A stretch of 53,925 nt of DNA from Deltaproteobacteria bacterium. GTDB lineage: Bacteria; Desulfobacterota; Desulfobacteria; Desulfobacterales; C00003060. The stretch lies in contig JAUVJO010000001.1 in NCBI GenBank assembly GCA_030592345.1, forward strand, positions 1-53,925, written 5' to 3'. The notes beneath the pieces were generated by a model. That model saw nothing but the letters and a program-made list of their open reading frames with translations. It did not search any database and had not been told where the DNA came from. The first letter of the stretch is position 1, and each line of letters begins with the position of its first letter. A program made the position numbers and the translations under genes. Shown here in pieces: positions 9,394-18,930 of this stretch.

Positions 9394-10006
9394 ATGAAAT
9401 TGAACTCGCAAATCCAGCAAATCGATGAGGTCTACCATGCAATCCTTTTTGACGACCGGCAGCATGTGTGTGGCTTCTTTGCCCGAAGCGCGTGAACGCA
9501 CTTTACTCATTAATAGTTTCTCCAAAACCTATGCCATGACCGGGTGGCGTATCGGGTATCTGGCCGGTCCGGAAGCGGTGAGCTCACAGGCTCTCAAAGC
9601 CAGTCAATACACTATCACCAATGTTTCTGCATTCGTCCAGAAGGCGGCTTTATGTGCCCTTACTAATTCTGACGTTGCTCCTGCCGTTAGCCAGATGGTT
9701 GTTCGCTACCAGAGGCGGCGGGACAGGGCCTTGAAGATTCTCAGAAGTCGTTCCGATGCAGGAATCAGCGTGGTAAAACCCCGAGGGGCCTTTTACCCGT
9801 TTTACGATATTCGTAATTTGGGAGAGCCATCTACCGTTATTGCCAGGCGATTGCTTGACGAAGCCATGGCTTCCGTGGTCCCCGGATCGGCTTACGGGGC
9901 ATGCGGGCAAGGGTTTTTGAGGATGACGCTTGCCGCATCTGATGACGTGGTAGAAGCGGGAATTCATAAATTTGGTAGATTGGGTAAATCGGGGATAAAA
10001 AACTAG
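9394..10006 (+). pseudogene. class I/II PLP aminotransferase, C-terminal half, frameshifted
   Basis: The frame from 9394 reads ...IDEVYHAILFDDRQHV. The frame from 9425 continues CVASLPEARERTLLINSFSKTYAMTGWRIGY (PLP-lysine SFSK motif). A frame change therefore lies near 9465. The N-terminal ~200 aa of the family is absent. Confidence 0.7.
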
Positions 10007-10088
10007 AAGATAAATGAATACACATAGAGAACATACGCCTCAGATGGGGTGTTTATCTTAGACTATTTTGAAAGCCTGGACGGGGAAA

Positions 10089-11327
10089 ATGGAAAGTATT
10101 TATATGAGATGTAATCTCTGCGGAGCAAACAAATATGAAACTGTTACGGAAACCTCTCGCACTGTTCAAACATCAGAAGATACTTACGTTTTTAACCTCC
10201 GTGTGGTCTGTTGTAAGAAATGTGGGCTGGTTTACCTAAATCCTCGAAAAACCTCGGAAGAGTTAACCGGATATTATGAAAGCGTTTACCGTGCTCCAAT
10301 CCACTTAGACAATCTGGACGAAGAGCGCCGCAGCCTAATTCAAACACGGACGCAGCTTCTTAAAGAACATATACAGGAAAGAAGAGGAAAATTGCTTGAA
10401 ATTGGGTGTGGTGAAGGTTTCTTCCTCCAGAAGGTAATTCGCGAAGGTTTTGATGCTACTGGCATTGAACCGTCAGTCGAATACAGTAAAGTGTGTTATC
10501 GAATTGCTCCTCAAGCTAACATATTCACAAAATCCTTTGAAGAATTCGAAACAAAAGACCGTTTCGATATAATATGTAGTTTTTTTGTGCTGGAGCATGT
10601 AATTGACGCGACAACGTTCCTTAACAAGTGTCATGAGTTTCTTAACCAAGACGGAATCCTCTATTTGGAGATTCCTGATGTTGAGCTTTATCCAAAGCAG
10701 TTGAGTGATATGATATGGCATGAACATATTTATCACTTTAGCCGAACAACTATTCAAAGATTCCTTATGAAAACAGGCTTCGAAGCTATCGATATTTACT
10801 CCCCTGGACCAAGTTATCAGTTTGGTATAGCTGTTTTTGCAAAAAAAATAAGTGAAAAGGATACGAAATGCCGCACCTATTTGCCAGACTCGCCTGCTCA
10901 CAACCTCGCATTCGAAAGCTTAAGGCGGCACTTGGAAGTTTTAAACTATTACAGATTCAGACTTAAGACAGAGCTTGACTCAGTTCTTAAAAGGGTCCGT
11001 TCTGGCCATCGAAAGATGGCAATTTACGGTTCAGGTATTTTTCATGACAATCTACATACGTACACTAACCTTATGCCAGAGGATGTGACGCTTGTTATTG
11101 ACGATAATCAGAACAAATGGGGCAGGCATACCCACCAGGGATTAGAAATCCAATCACCTGCACGGCTGGCTGAGAGCGGAGCAAATCTCGTATTGATCGC
11201 TAGTGATTGCTTTGAGGCAAAAATGGTTGAAAATGTTATGAGACTTTCCTCAGAACATCGAAAATCGTATGAGCCGATATCTCTCCACACAAAAGCCAAG
11301 GAGTCTATGGGGTTCAATGTGCATTGA
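10089..11327 (+). CDS. SAM-dependent methyltransferase with N-terminal Zn-ribbon and C-terminal extension (sugar C-methyltransferase-like architecture)
   Basis: CNLCG...CCKKCG, then LLEIGCGEGFF (motif I), then a ~140-aa C-terminal domain. This layout resembles TylCIII-type C-methyltransferases. The track start is TTG 10068. Confidence 0.65.
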   Translation: MESIYMRCNLCGANKYETVTETSRTVQTSEDTYVFNLRVVCCKKCGLVYLNPRKTSEELTGYYESVYRAPIHLDNLDEERRSLIQTRTQLLKEHIQERRGKLLEIGCGEGFFLQKVIREGFDATGIEPSVEYSKVCYRIAPQANIFTKSFEEFETKDRFDIICSFFVLEHVIDATTFLNKCHEFLNQDGILYLEIPDVELYPKQLSDMIWHEHIYHFSRTTIQRFLMKTGFEAIDIYSPGPSYQFGIAVFAKKISEKDTKCRTYLPDSPAHNLAFESLRRHLEVLNYYRFRLKTELDSVLKRVRSGHRKMAIYGSGIFHDNLHTYTNLMPEDVTLVIDDNQNKWGRHTHQGLEIQSPARLAESGANLVLIASDCFEAKMVENVMRLSSEHRKSYEPISLHTKAKESMGFNVH

Positions 11328-11339
11328 AATGATTACGGA

Positions 11340-12413
11340 ATGCTTATTTCAAGAAAAATGATGAAGGAAAACATTGGGATCGTTCCTCATTCCAGACCGC
11401 GCCTAACACGCGAAGACCAGATGGTTATCGGTAGTGTTTTGCAATCGGGAATGATTGCAGAAGGAAAGCTAGTAGAAAAGTTTGAAGGCGCTGTAAGTGA
11501 GTACTTGGGATTGGAAGGTGGAATAGCCACTTCCAGCGGAACTAGCGCGCTGTTTCTTTTATTGAAAGGTTTGGATATTGGTGAAGGTGATGAAGTCATC
11601 ATCCCGACGTATGTTTGCCGATCAGTTTGGGACGCTGTAGTTGCGACGGGGGCACAACCGATATTCTGTGACGTTGGTCATGATTGGTGCATGACCTTGG
11701 CCAGTGTAAGACCACATATTACGCCTCAAACGAAGGCCATCATTGTGGTTCATATTTTTGGAATTGTGGCTGCTGTTGAGCCTGTGTGCGCACTCGGTAT
11801 CCCAGTAATTGAAGACTGCTGTCAGGCACTTGGAGCAACGCGTGATGGGAAGCTGGCCGGGACAATCGCCGATTTTTGTATCGCGTCCTTCCATGCGACC
11901 AAACTGCTTACGACAGGCGAAGGCGGAATGGTTCTGACTAAGGATAAAAACCTGTTACCAAAATTGAGAGAGCTTAAACAGGGTAACAGTAATCGGTTGA
12001 GCCCTCGTTTTCGCTATCCGCTGACAGATTTGCAGGCAGCTCTGGGATTGAGTCAGCTCGCCCAGTACGCTATATCCTTAGATTTGAGACGTGCCATTTC
12101 AGATTACTATTTCGCTAAGCTTGAAGGACTACCTGTTCAACTGCCTCATTGCGTACGAGATCATAGCATTTTTTTCCGTTTTCCCATCCGTACCAAAAAA
12201 AAATTTGAGGTGCTTAGGGCATCATTTGATGCAAAAGGAATTCAGGTCCGCAAGGGGGTTGATTCACTTTTGCATAGAGCATGCGGAATAAATTCTGAAC
12301 GCTTTCCTGCTGCTGAGCAGTGTTATGCCGAAACGTTGTCTATTCCAATATACCCAGCTATGACTGAAGAGATACAAAGAAAGGTGATAGGGGCTTGTTG
12401 GCAAATATTATAA
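11340..12413 (+). CDS. DegT/DnrJ/EryC1/StrS sugar aminotransferase
   Basis: SSGTSALFLLLKGLDIGEGDEVIIPTYVC...PIFCDV and SFHATKLLTTGEGGMV (PLP lysine) are present. Confidence 0.85.
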   Translation: MLISRKMMKENIGIVPHSRPRLTREDQMVIGSVLQSGMIAEGKLVEKFEGAVSEYLGLEGGIATSSGTSALFLLLKGLDIGEGDEVIIPTYVCRSVWDAVVATGAQPIFCDVGHDWCMTLASVRPHITPQTKAIIVVHIFGIVAAVEPVCALGIPVIEDCCQALGATRDGKLAGTIADFCIASFHATKLLTTGEGGMVLTKDKNLLPKLRELKQGNSNRLSPRFRYPLTDLQAALGLSQLAQYAISLDLRRAISDYYFAKLEGLPVQLPHCVRDHSIFFRFPIRTKKKFEVLRASFDAKGIQVRKGVDSLLHRACGINSERFPAAEQCYAETLSIPIYPAMTEEIQRKVIGACWQIL

Positions 12414-13303
12414 GCGTCTGTTTGACTTTTGATGTTGACCTTGCAGACTATACAGAAACTTGGCGGACTACCAATGAATTTGCCAAGGCAATCCCTGAAA
12501 TTCTTACAATTCTAGAACGGTATCCCGAGGTTCGTACTACCTGGTTCATTCGCCTTGACCAACAGGTCCGGTCTATCTGGGGGTATGCGGATCACTTCTT
12601 TCGGGAATATAAATCAATCATAAATGAATTAATCGACAGTGGTCATGAAATCGGGTGGCATCCCCATTGTTACATTCAAGCAGGGGGAAATTGGAAACAA
12701 AATGTGGAAGAAGCCATGATATTGGAAGAATTATCACTAGATGCACCTCTCGCTCAATCCTATGGGCTTAAGTGCGTGCGAATGGGTTGGGGTTTTCATA
12801 CAAACAAAACAATGTGCTTGATTTCTGACTTGGGTTTTGATGTGGACAGCAGCGCTATACCACGCCCCCAATATATATGGGAGGAAACGAAAAAAGATTG
12901 GACACTGACGCCACTGGAACCTTATTTCCCATCTGAATCAGATTACCGTGTTCCAGGTCGGCCCGACCTATCCATCCTGGAGGTACCTATTTCCGTGACG
13001 CACGTTAAGGCCCCCTATGATTTGGAGACTGTTCTTCGTTATATTAATCTGGCATACTCTCCTGACCTGTTGAGGAAACCTCTGGAAGATTGGCTAAAAC
13101 AACATAACCACCTGATCACAATTACACACCCATATGAACTGCTCCCAAGAGACAAGGTCCACGGTCTGTTAGCCTTTGACATGAACGCTTTTGAACAAAA
13201 TCTTAATACCGTTCGAGAGCTTGCTCAGATGCAAGTCGGATCAATTTCATTCCTTACAATATCTGAATTTGCAAACCTCCACTGGGAGCGGTCTCATGAG
13301 TAA
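12395..13303 (+). CDS. polysaccharide deacetylase-like (CE4-like fold) protein
   Basis: CLTFDVDLADY, IGWHPHCY and VRMGWGFH resemble the ordered CE4-type motifs. TTG start overlaps the upstream stop. Weak call. Confidence 0.4.
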   Translation: MLANIISVCLTFDVDLADYTETWRTTNEFAKAIPEILTILERYPEVRTTWFIRLDQQVRSIWGYADHFFREYKSIINELIDSGHEIGWHPHCYIQAGGNWKQNVEEAMILEELSLDAPLAQSYGLKCVRMGWGFHTNKTMCLISDLGFDVDSSAIPRPQYIWEETKKDWTLTPLEPYFPSESDYRVPGRPDLSILEVPISVTHVKAPYDLETVLRYINLAYSPDLLRKPLEDWLKQHNHLITITHPYELLPRDKVHGLLAFDMNAFEQNLNTVRELAQMQVGSISFLTISEFANLHWERSHE

Positions 13304-15428
13304 CATAGAAATCCTCGAATGCACCCTCCGCGATGGCAGCTACACCATAGATTTCCAGTTTACAGCTCGCGATACGTCCATCATTGCTTCTGCTTTGGAG
13401 AATGCGGGGTTCAGCCTAATCGAAATAGGGCACGGAGTAGGTTTGAACGCTTCAAACTGCGGCAAGGGTATTGCGGCAGCCACAGACGAAGAGTATATGC
13501 AGGCAGCCGCTAGCACACTCAAGCATGCACTGTGGGGTATGTTCTTTATCCCAGGCATCGGTCGTCACGAGGATTTGGAACTGGGTGCCAAATATGGGAT
13601 GGATTTCATTCGAATTGGCACTAATGTCACCGAGGTCGAGCAGTCCCAGGAGTATGTCGAACATGCCAAGAAACTGGGCATGTTCGTTTCGGCCAACCTG
13701 ATGAAATCTTATGTTTTGCCGCCAAAAGAACTTGCTCAACAAGCGAAGCTCTCGGAAAAGTTCGGTGTTGACCTGGTCTGCCTGGTAGATTCTGCTGGTA
13801 CTATGTTACCCGATGATATCAAAAACTATATCCGGTACATACAAGACATCATCAATATACCTATAGGACTTCATTGCCATGATAACCTCGCCCTTGGCAT
13901 GGCCAACGTGTTGACAGCAATCGATTGTGGTGCCCATCGCATCGATTGTACACTACAGGGGATGGGAAGAGGTGGCGGAAATCCTGCCACCGAAATTCTT
14001 GTTGCCGTTTTGAAAAAGCGAGGGGTTGACCTTGGGATTGGCCTCAATCGTGTGATGGATATCAGCGAACGGCTCATTAAACCAATGTTGCAGGAGAAGG
14101 GTTTTGATTCTATCAACATTATTTCGGGCTATGCAGGCTTTCATTCGAGCTACCTTAAGACAATTCTCAAATATGCTGACCTCTGTGGCGTTGATCCACG
14201 TGACGTGATTATTGACCTATGCCGAGCAGATCAAGTTTATGCACATGAGGAACTCGTCGAACACATTGCCCGGAAGTTACAACATCGCCAAGCAGGCAGA
14301 GCGGGTCTACATATCATTTCCTTGCCGGATTTCACATTCCCTGACAGGAAGATAGGGGAAGTTCCTGACGATTCTCTTCCCGAAGCCGTTAAGAAGGTGG
14401 TCACCACGGTCAGGGCTGCAGCAAAAAAACGCGGCAGGAGGAGTGTTCTTAACATCGTGGCAGCTCCCAGCACCGTCGAAAAGACAACCGTTTCACGATT
14501 CGTACAGGAAGAGTTTGATTACGTCATTGGCAGCGTCGAGGTGGACAGCCCCGTACCACTTGAAAAAATCGTCGAAGTTGCCGATGGCATCGTGGACATC
14601 CTGCTCGTGGATGCAGAACTCAAATCCTATCTTGACGAACCCTTAATCAGCAAAGTGCGTCTCATTACGAAACAGAGTCATGTGGTGGGATACAAAGACT
14701 GTGACGTGTGGGTGCGTAGCGTGGACCAGGGAATCCGAGTCTTATTGCAGGGCATTCGGGGCCGCCATGTCATCGTTTGCGGAACGGATAATCTGGCTTT
14801 AAAGCTCACTCTGTCTATGATGGAACAAAGAGCCAAGGTGACGCTCACTGGAGACGTACGCAATCGACTTGAATTTTGTGCGAAGGTATTAAAACAATTG
14901 TCACTGAGCGGAATGGATTTGGAGATCCAGGTAGATGCTGTTGAAGCGGCACGAGAAGCCGAAGTGCTGGTGGCGTTCTCCAGGCAAGAATCCATGATTA
15001 GCCGTACCATGGTTGAGGTGATGAGAGGCGATGGCCTAGTATTTGACGGCGGAATTGGTTCCGTATCGGCGGAAGTGATTGCCTATTGTAACGAGCATGG
15101 TATCCGGGTTGTCCGGCCGGATATGCGCGCAGCCCTGGCCAGCGAACTTGCATCCTTGTTGGGCACTGAGCGCACAGTCAAGGAGTTGATGGGCCGAACG
15201 GAGATAGCAGGCGTTTCGGTTGTAGCAGGCGGTTTAGTGGGCAGGCACGGAGAAATCGTAGTAGACTCCGTGTCGAATCCCTCTAGAGTAATTGGTGTAG
15301 CTGATGGAAAGGGGTACGTCATTTATGAACCTCGAACGGAATTTTTGGAAAACGTCAGCTTGGTTGAAAAAACCATCATGAAGCGCCAGGCCTTTTTTGA
15401 GATGATTCATTTGGAGTCCTGTGAATGA
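13296..15428 (+). CDS. DmpG-like (HMGL/DRE-TIM) aldolase fused to a ~370-aa Rossmann-like C-terminal region
   Basis: ILECTLRDGSY, GLHCHDNLALGMANVLTAIDCGA and ISGYAGFHSSYLKTILKYA (DmpG communication-domain-like) make up the aldolase part. An HVIVCGTDNLALKLTLSMMEQRAKVTL beta-alpha-beta-like segment follows. ATG 13296 overlaps the upstream stop (ATGAGTAA). The track start is 13191. Confidence 0.7.
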   Translation: MSNIEILECTLRDGSYTIDFQFTARDTSIIASALENAGFSLIEIGHGVGLNASNCGKGIAAATDEEYMQAAASTLKHALWGMFFIPGIGRHEDLELGAKYGMDFIRIGTNVTEVEQSQEYVEHAKKLGMFVSANLMKSYVLPPKELAQQAKLSEKFGVDLVCLVDSAGTMLPDDIKNYIRYIQDIINIPIGLHCHDNLALGMANVLTAIDCGAHRIDCTLQGMGRGGGNPATEILVAVLKKRGVDLGIGLNRVMDISERLIKPMLQEKGFDSINIISGYAGFHSSYLKTILKYADLCGVDPRDVIIDLCRADQVYAHEELVEHIARKLQHRQAGRAGLHIISLPDFTFPDRKIGEVPDDSLPEAVKKVVTTVRAAAKKRGRRSVLNIVAAPSTVEKTTVSRFVQEEFDYVIGSVEVDSPVPLEKIVEVADGIVDILLVDAELKSYLDEPLISKVRLITKQSHVVGYKDCDVWVRSVDQGIRVLLQGIRGRHVIVCGTDNLALKLTLSMMEQRAKVTLTGDVRNRLEFCAKVLKQLSLSGMDLEIQVDAVEAAREAEVLVAFSRQESMISRTMVEVMRGDGLVFDGGIGSVSAEVIAYCNEHGIRVVRPDMRAALASELASLLGTERTVKELMGRTEIAGVSVVAGGLVGRHGEIVVDSVSNPSRVIGVADGKGYVIYEPRTEFLENVSLVEKTIMKRQAFFEMIHLESCE

Positions 15429-16615
15429 AAAAGCGCATATTGATTCTGGGTGCCTCAAGGTATTACGTTCGTTCCATCCTCGCTGCACGGAAACTGGGAT
15501 ACCATGTCATAGTCACTGACAAGAATCCAGCGGCGGATGGGTTCCGATTTGCAGATCATTATGAGGTTATGGATATCTCTAATATCGAAGACACTATCGG
15601 TGTGGCAAAAAAATATGCTGTGGACGGCGTTGTGGCGGTGAATGATTTTGGGGTCATGACAGCGGCAGTCGTTGCAAAAGAAATGGGGCTGATTGGCATT
15701 AGTCCAAAGGTGGCAGAATTCGCAACAAGCAAAGCCTGGATGAGAAGAAAGTGGGAAGAAGCAGTTGTGCCCTCTGCCAGGTTCCGCGTGGTTAAGTCTA
15801 TAGATGAAGCGTATGTGGCTGTGGAAGACTTAGATACATGGCCCCTTATTCTAAAACCGGCTGATAGTCGGGGGGGAGGAAGCCGAGGCGTGTCAAAAAT
15901 CCACAATCGGTGTGAATTGAAGCCGGCACTCGAATTTGCTCAGAGTTTCTACGAAGACAAATCCGTGGTAATAGAAGAATTCCTGAGTGGCATTGAGCAT
16001 AGTGTAGAAACCATTACTTATGCAGGAGAAACCTATGTCCTAGCAGTCTCAGACAAAGAGAAGACACCGCCACCCTACCGGGTAGACAAAAGCGTTATAT
16101 ATCCCACTATATTCACTGGACCGGAGCTACAGAAGGTCCACGAAACAACGAAACAGGCGGTCCAATCAATAGGCATTGATACAGGTGCCGCCCACGTCGA
16201 AATCTGTACGACACCAGACGGGCCGAAGCTATTTGAAATCGGAGCTCGCTGTGGAGGCGGTGGCATTCCAGACCCTATTGTGCCGTTTGTCACAGGTATT
16301 GAAATGTTCAAGGAGGTGGTGCGCATTGCCTTAGGAGAGAGACCTCACAGATTGATCCCTCTCCATACAAGGGGATGTGTCTATAGGTTTCTGACCCCAA
16401 AGCCGGGCATTTTAAAAAAAGTTACCGGGATCGATGATGTCAAGACATGGAAAAATATTTTGGATTGTGGAGTTTTAGTCAATGAGGGGGACGAAGTGCG
16501 CTCCGTGAAAATGGGTGGAGATCGGTCGGGTTTTGTAATTACTGGTAGCGATACTCGACAGTCTGCGATTGCGTTGGCAGATAAAGCGGAAGACTATATC
16601 CACTTTTATTATTAG
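15425..16615 (+). CDS. ATP-grasp ligase
   Basis: The pre-ATP-grasp N-terminus KRILILGASRYY, LILKPADSRGGGSRGV and EEFLSGIEHSVE are present. ATGA overlap with the aldolase gene. Confidence 0.8.
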   Translation: MKKRILILGASRYYVRSILAARKLGYHVIVTDKNPAADGFRFADHYEVMDISNIEDTIGVAKKYAVDGVVAVNDFGVMTAAVVAKEMGLIGISPKVAEFATSKAWMRRKWEEAVVPSARFRVVKSIDEAYVAVEDLDTWPLILKPADSRGGGSRGVSKIHNRCELKPALEFAQSFYEDKSVVIEEFLSGIEHSVETITYAGETYVLAVSDKEKTPPPYRVDKSVIYPTIFTGPELQKVHETTKQAVQSIGIDTGAAHVEICTTPDGPKLFEIGARCGGGGIPDPIVPFVTGIEMFKEVVRIALGERPHRLIPLHTRGCVYRFLTPKPGILKKVTGIDDVKTWKNILDCGVLVNEGDEVRSVKMGGDRSGFVITGSDTRQSAIALADKAEDYIHFYY

Positions 16616-16633
16616 CAAAAAATGAACATCGGA

Positions 16634-16877
16634 TTAGCGGGTGGTGTCGCAAACACCTACTATCAACTGGCACGACTGCTGAATGAAATGAGATTGATGA
16701 AAGATATCAACAAAGACATGAAAGATTTCATTATAGAGGTTTTCGCCTAAACGGATACAGAAGTTGGCCTCCGGCTCGGAGAGAAAAAGTGCCTTCACAT
16801 GGCAGATAATCCATAGAGATTCCCTCTGGGGCATAGGCAGGCATAGGTCCGGCAGGCTCTTCCTCGGTCTTCATCAT
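16634..16877 (-). pseudogene. possible transposase N-terminal (DUF772-like) relic, frameshifted
   Basis: The minus strand reads MMKTEEEPAGPMPAYAPEG in one frame and SLWIICHVKALFLSEPEANFCIRLGENLYNEIF in the next. This resembles the GRPAYxPExxLxxLLLQxLxxLSDxxLEExLRxxLxFRxF N-terminus of IS4/IS5-type transposases. No catalytic domain follows. Confidence 0.3.
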
Positions 16878-17039
16878 GGACGAACTCAAGGAACTGGCTC
16901 ATGTTTTGATTGCCGTCCACGTAGCGAAACAGATCCAGGAAAAACAGGCTGGGGGACCATAACAAGGTGGGCCGTACGCGGAACAGCAGTCCGTTACTAG
17001 AGACCTGATCAACGAATTGGGAGAGGAGCCCATAACATA

Positions 17040-18068
17040 ATGAGTGCCAACCTTACACCTGACAACTATGAGATACAGGCCGTCCCTTATGTTGATCCAC
17101 AGACGCTTCTAAAGCTGAATTGGACAACGCAAGCCCTGATTTGCGAAAATGGAAAATCCTATCCAGTTCGGGATTCGATTCCAGTATTTGTTGAAGGATA
17201 CCAAGAGATTGGGCAAAAGCAGGTGTCAGAATCATTCGAGTATAAATGGAATCGAACAGGTAGATTACACGATGATGGCGTGTTTGAAAGGGTAACTAAA
17301 CCATTAGCAATGGGTTTTCTCGGATTCAAAAATGAGGATGACATTAAAGACCTGTTTTCCAACAAGATCATTCTTGATGCAGGAGTCGGATGTGGACTAA
17401 GCGCACGCACATATGGTCACTATGCACAACAGTTTTATGGTATTGATATATCTCCATTTGTAGCCAAAAATTATCTCTCACACTTTACGAAGCTCTACCT
17501 AGCACAAGCAGATATTTTTTCGTTGCCATATCCCGAAGAAAGCTTTGATGTGATCGTTAGTAGTGGCGTACTCCATCACACACCTAATACTAAAGACGCA
17601 CTTAAAGCCTTAATACCCAAACTTAAAACCAATGGTATAATAATATTCTATGTTTATCGAAAAAAAGCTCCTGTCAGAGAGTTCGTTGACGATTTTATCC
17701 GCGACAAAATTAGTAATCTGCCCCCGGATGAGGCATGGAAAAAACTTGAACCACTTACCCAGCTCGCCAGACAGCTTACTGCATTGAAAGCAAAAGTTGT
17801 TTTGCAAGAAGATATCGACATCCTAGAAATACCTGCAGGAGAATATGACGTGCAGCGTTTATTGTACTGGTTTTTTTTCAAGTTCTATTGGAACAATAAC
17901 CTTGATTTTGATTCTAATAATCATATTAATTTCGACTGGTATCAACCTAAATACGCCCACAGACATACAAAAGCAGAAGTGCTTAGTTGGTTGGAAGAAA
18001 CAGGCTTGGATCTTAAGAGGTTAAGGCTCTCCAAATCAGGAATTAGTGTTATAGCTCAAAAGGCCTGA
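17040..18068 (+). CDS. class I SAM-dependent methyltransferase
   Basis: A Trm112-like N-terminus (SYPVRDSIPVFVEG), motif I ILDAGVGCGLS and DVIVSSGVLHH are present. Confidence 0.8.
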   Translation: MSANLTPDNYEIQAVPYVDPQTLLKLNWTTQALICENGKSYPVRDSIPVFVEGYQEIGQKQVSESFEYKWNRTGRLHDDGVFERVTKPLAMGFLGFKNEDDIKDLFSNKIILDAGVGCGLSARTYGHYAQQFYGIDISPFVAKNYLSHFTKLYLAQADIFSLPYPEESFDVIVSSGVLHHTPNTKDALKALIPKLKTNGIIIFYVYRKKAPVREFVDDFIRDKISNLPPDEAWKKLEPLTQLARQLTALKAKVVLQEDIDILEIPAGEYDVQRLLYWFFFKFYWNNNLDFDSNNHINFDWYQPKYAHRHTKAEVLSWLEETGLDLKRLRLSKSGISVIAQKA

Positions 18069-18137
18069 ATATCGACTGGCCAGCCCAACCAAAAAAGAAT
18101 TTGGCGGTACAAGATCAACCAATTGAAATTAGGAAAA

Positions 18138-18926
18138 ATGCTGAGAAACATGTTCTATTCCATGGTCGAGAATCGCGAACTGGTCTGGGAAATGGCCATC
18201 CGCGATATCAAGCAATTGAACAAAGGGGCCTTTCTCGGTATGTTGTGGACTGTGCTGGGCCCATTGGTACAGGTTGCCGCATATGTTATCGTAGTTTCAT
18301 TTGTTTTTAAAAGCCGGCTAGGAGATAATTCAGGACCGTTCGATTACGGGGTTTATGTTCTTTCAGGCATGATTCCATGGCAGATCATGAATAAGTCGCT
18401 TATGGAAGCTCCCTCGTTAATTCGCAGTCGGATGGAACTTGTCAAACAGGTCATTTACCCCATTGAGACGCTCCCCATCACCAGCCTCATTGTCGGGTCA
18501 ATCGGATCTTTCGTCTCATTTCTGATTTTTTTTGTACTTTCTGCAATTTCCGGAAATCTGAATTGGAGCATCCTACTCTTGCCTGTCCCTTTCTTTTTTC
18601 TGGTGATCTTTCTAATCGGCACTGCGTGGTTTTTTTCTATTGCCGGAATATTGTTTAAGGATTTAAGAGAGGTCGTTTCTGTATTTCTCGGACTACTGGT
18701 TTATTTATCCCCTGTAATAGCCAGCGAAACGATGACTGGTGAAACGATATGGAAAATCATTTTGTGCAACCCTCTTGCCCACGTAGTGATCTGCTTCAGG
18801 GACATATACAATGCCACCTTTCATCCAGCAAGTTGGGGCCTGTTCGTAGGAATGGCTATAACCTCTCTTCTTCTCGGAGGATGGGTGATCACCAAAACCA
18901 AAATGATGATTAATGAACACATTTAG
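18138..18926 (+). CDS. wzm: ABC-2 type polysaccharide export permease
   Basis: The RELVWEMAIRDIK N-terminal motif is followed by about six hydrophobic segments. ATG 18138 has an AGGA upstream. The track start is TTG 18123. Confidence 0.85.
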   Translation: MLRNMFYSMVENRELVWEMAIRDIKQLNKGAFLGMLWTVLGPLVQVAAYVIVVSFVFKSRLGDNSGPFDYGVYVLSGMIPWQIMNKSLMEAPSLIRSRMELVKQVIYPIETLPITSLIVGSIGSFVSFLIFFVLSAISGNLNWSILLLPVPFFFLVIFLIGTAWFFSIAGILFKDLREVVSVFLGLLVYLSPVIASETMTGETIWKIILCNPLAHVVICFRDIYNATFHPASWGLFVGMAITSLLLGGWVITKTKMMINEHI

Positions 18927-18930
18927 GAAC

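Noticed and set aside
16764-17000. 78-aa plus-strand ORF
   Set aside because: It is antisense to the transposase-like relic and has Gly/Arg-rich, non-protein-like composition.
18103-18110. ggcggtac resembling the ops/JUMPStart core GGCGGTAG, 28 nt upstream of wzm1
   Set aside because: It matches only 7 of 8 positions, and the flanking JUMPStart sequence was not recognised. RfaH/ops control is established mainly in enterobacteria. The match is likely chance.
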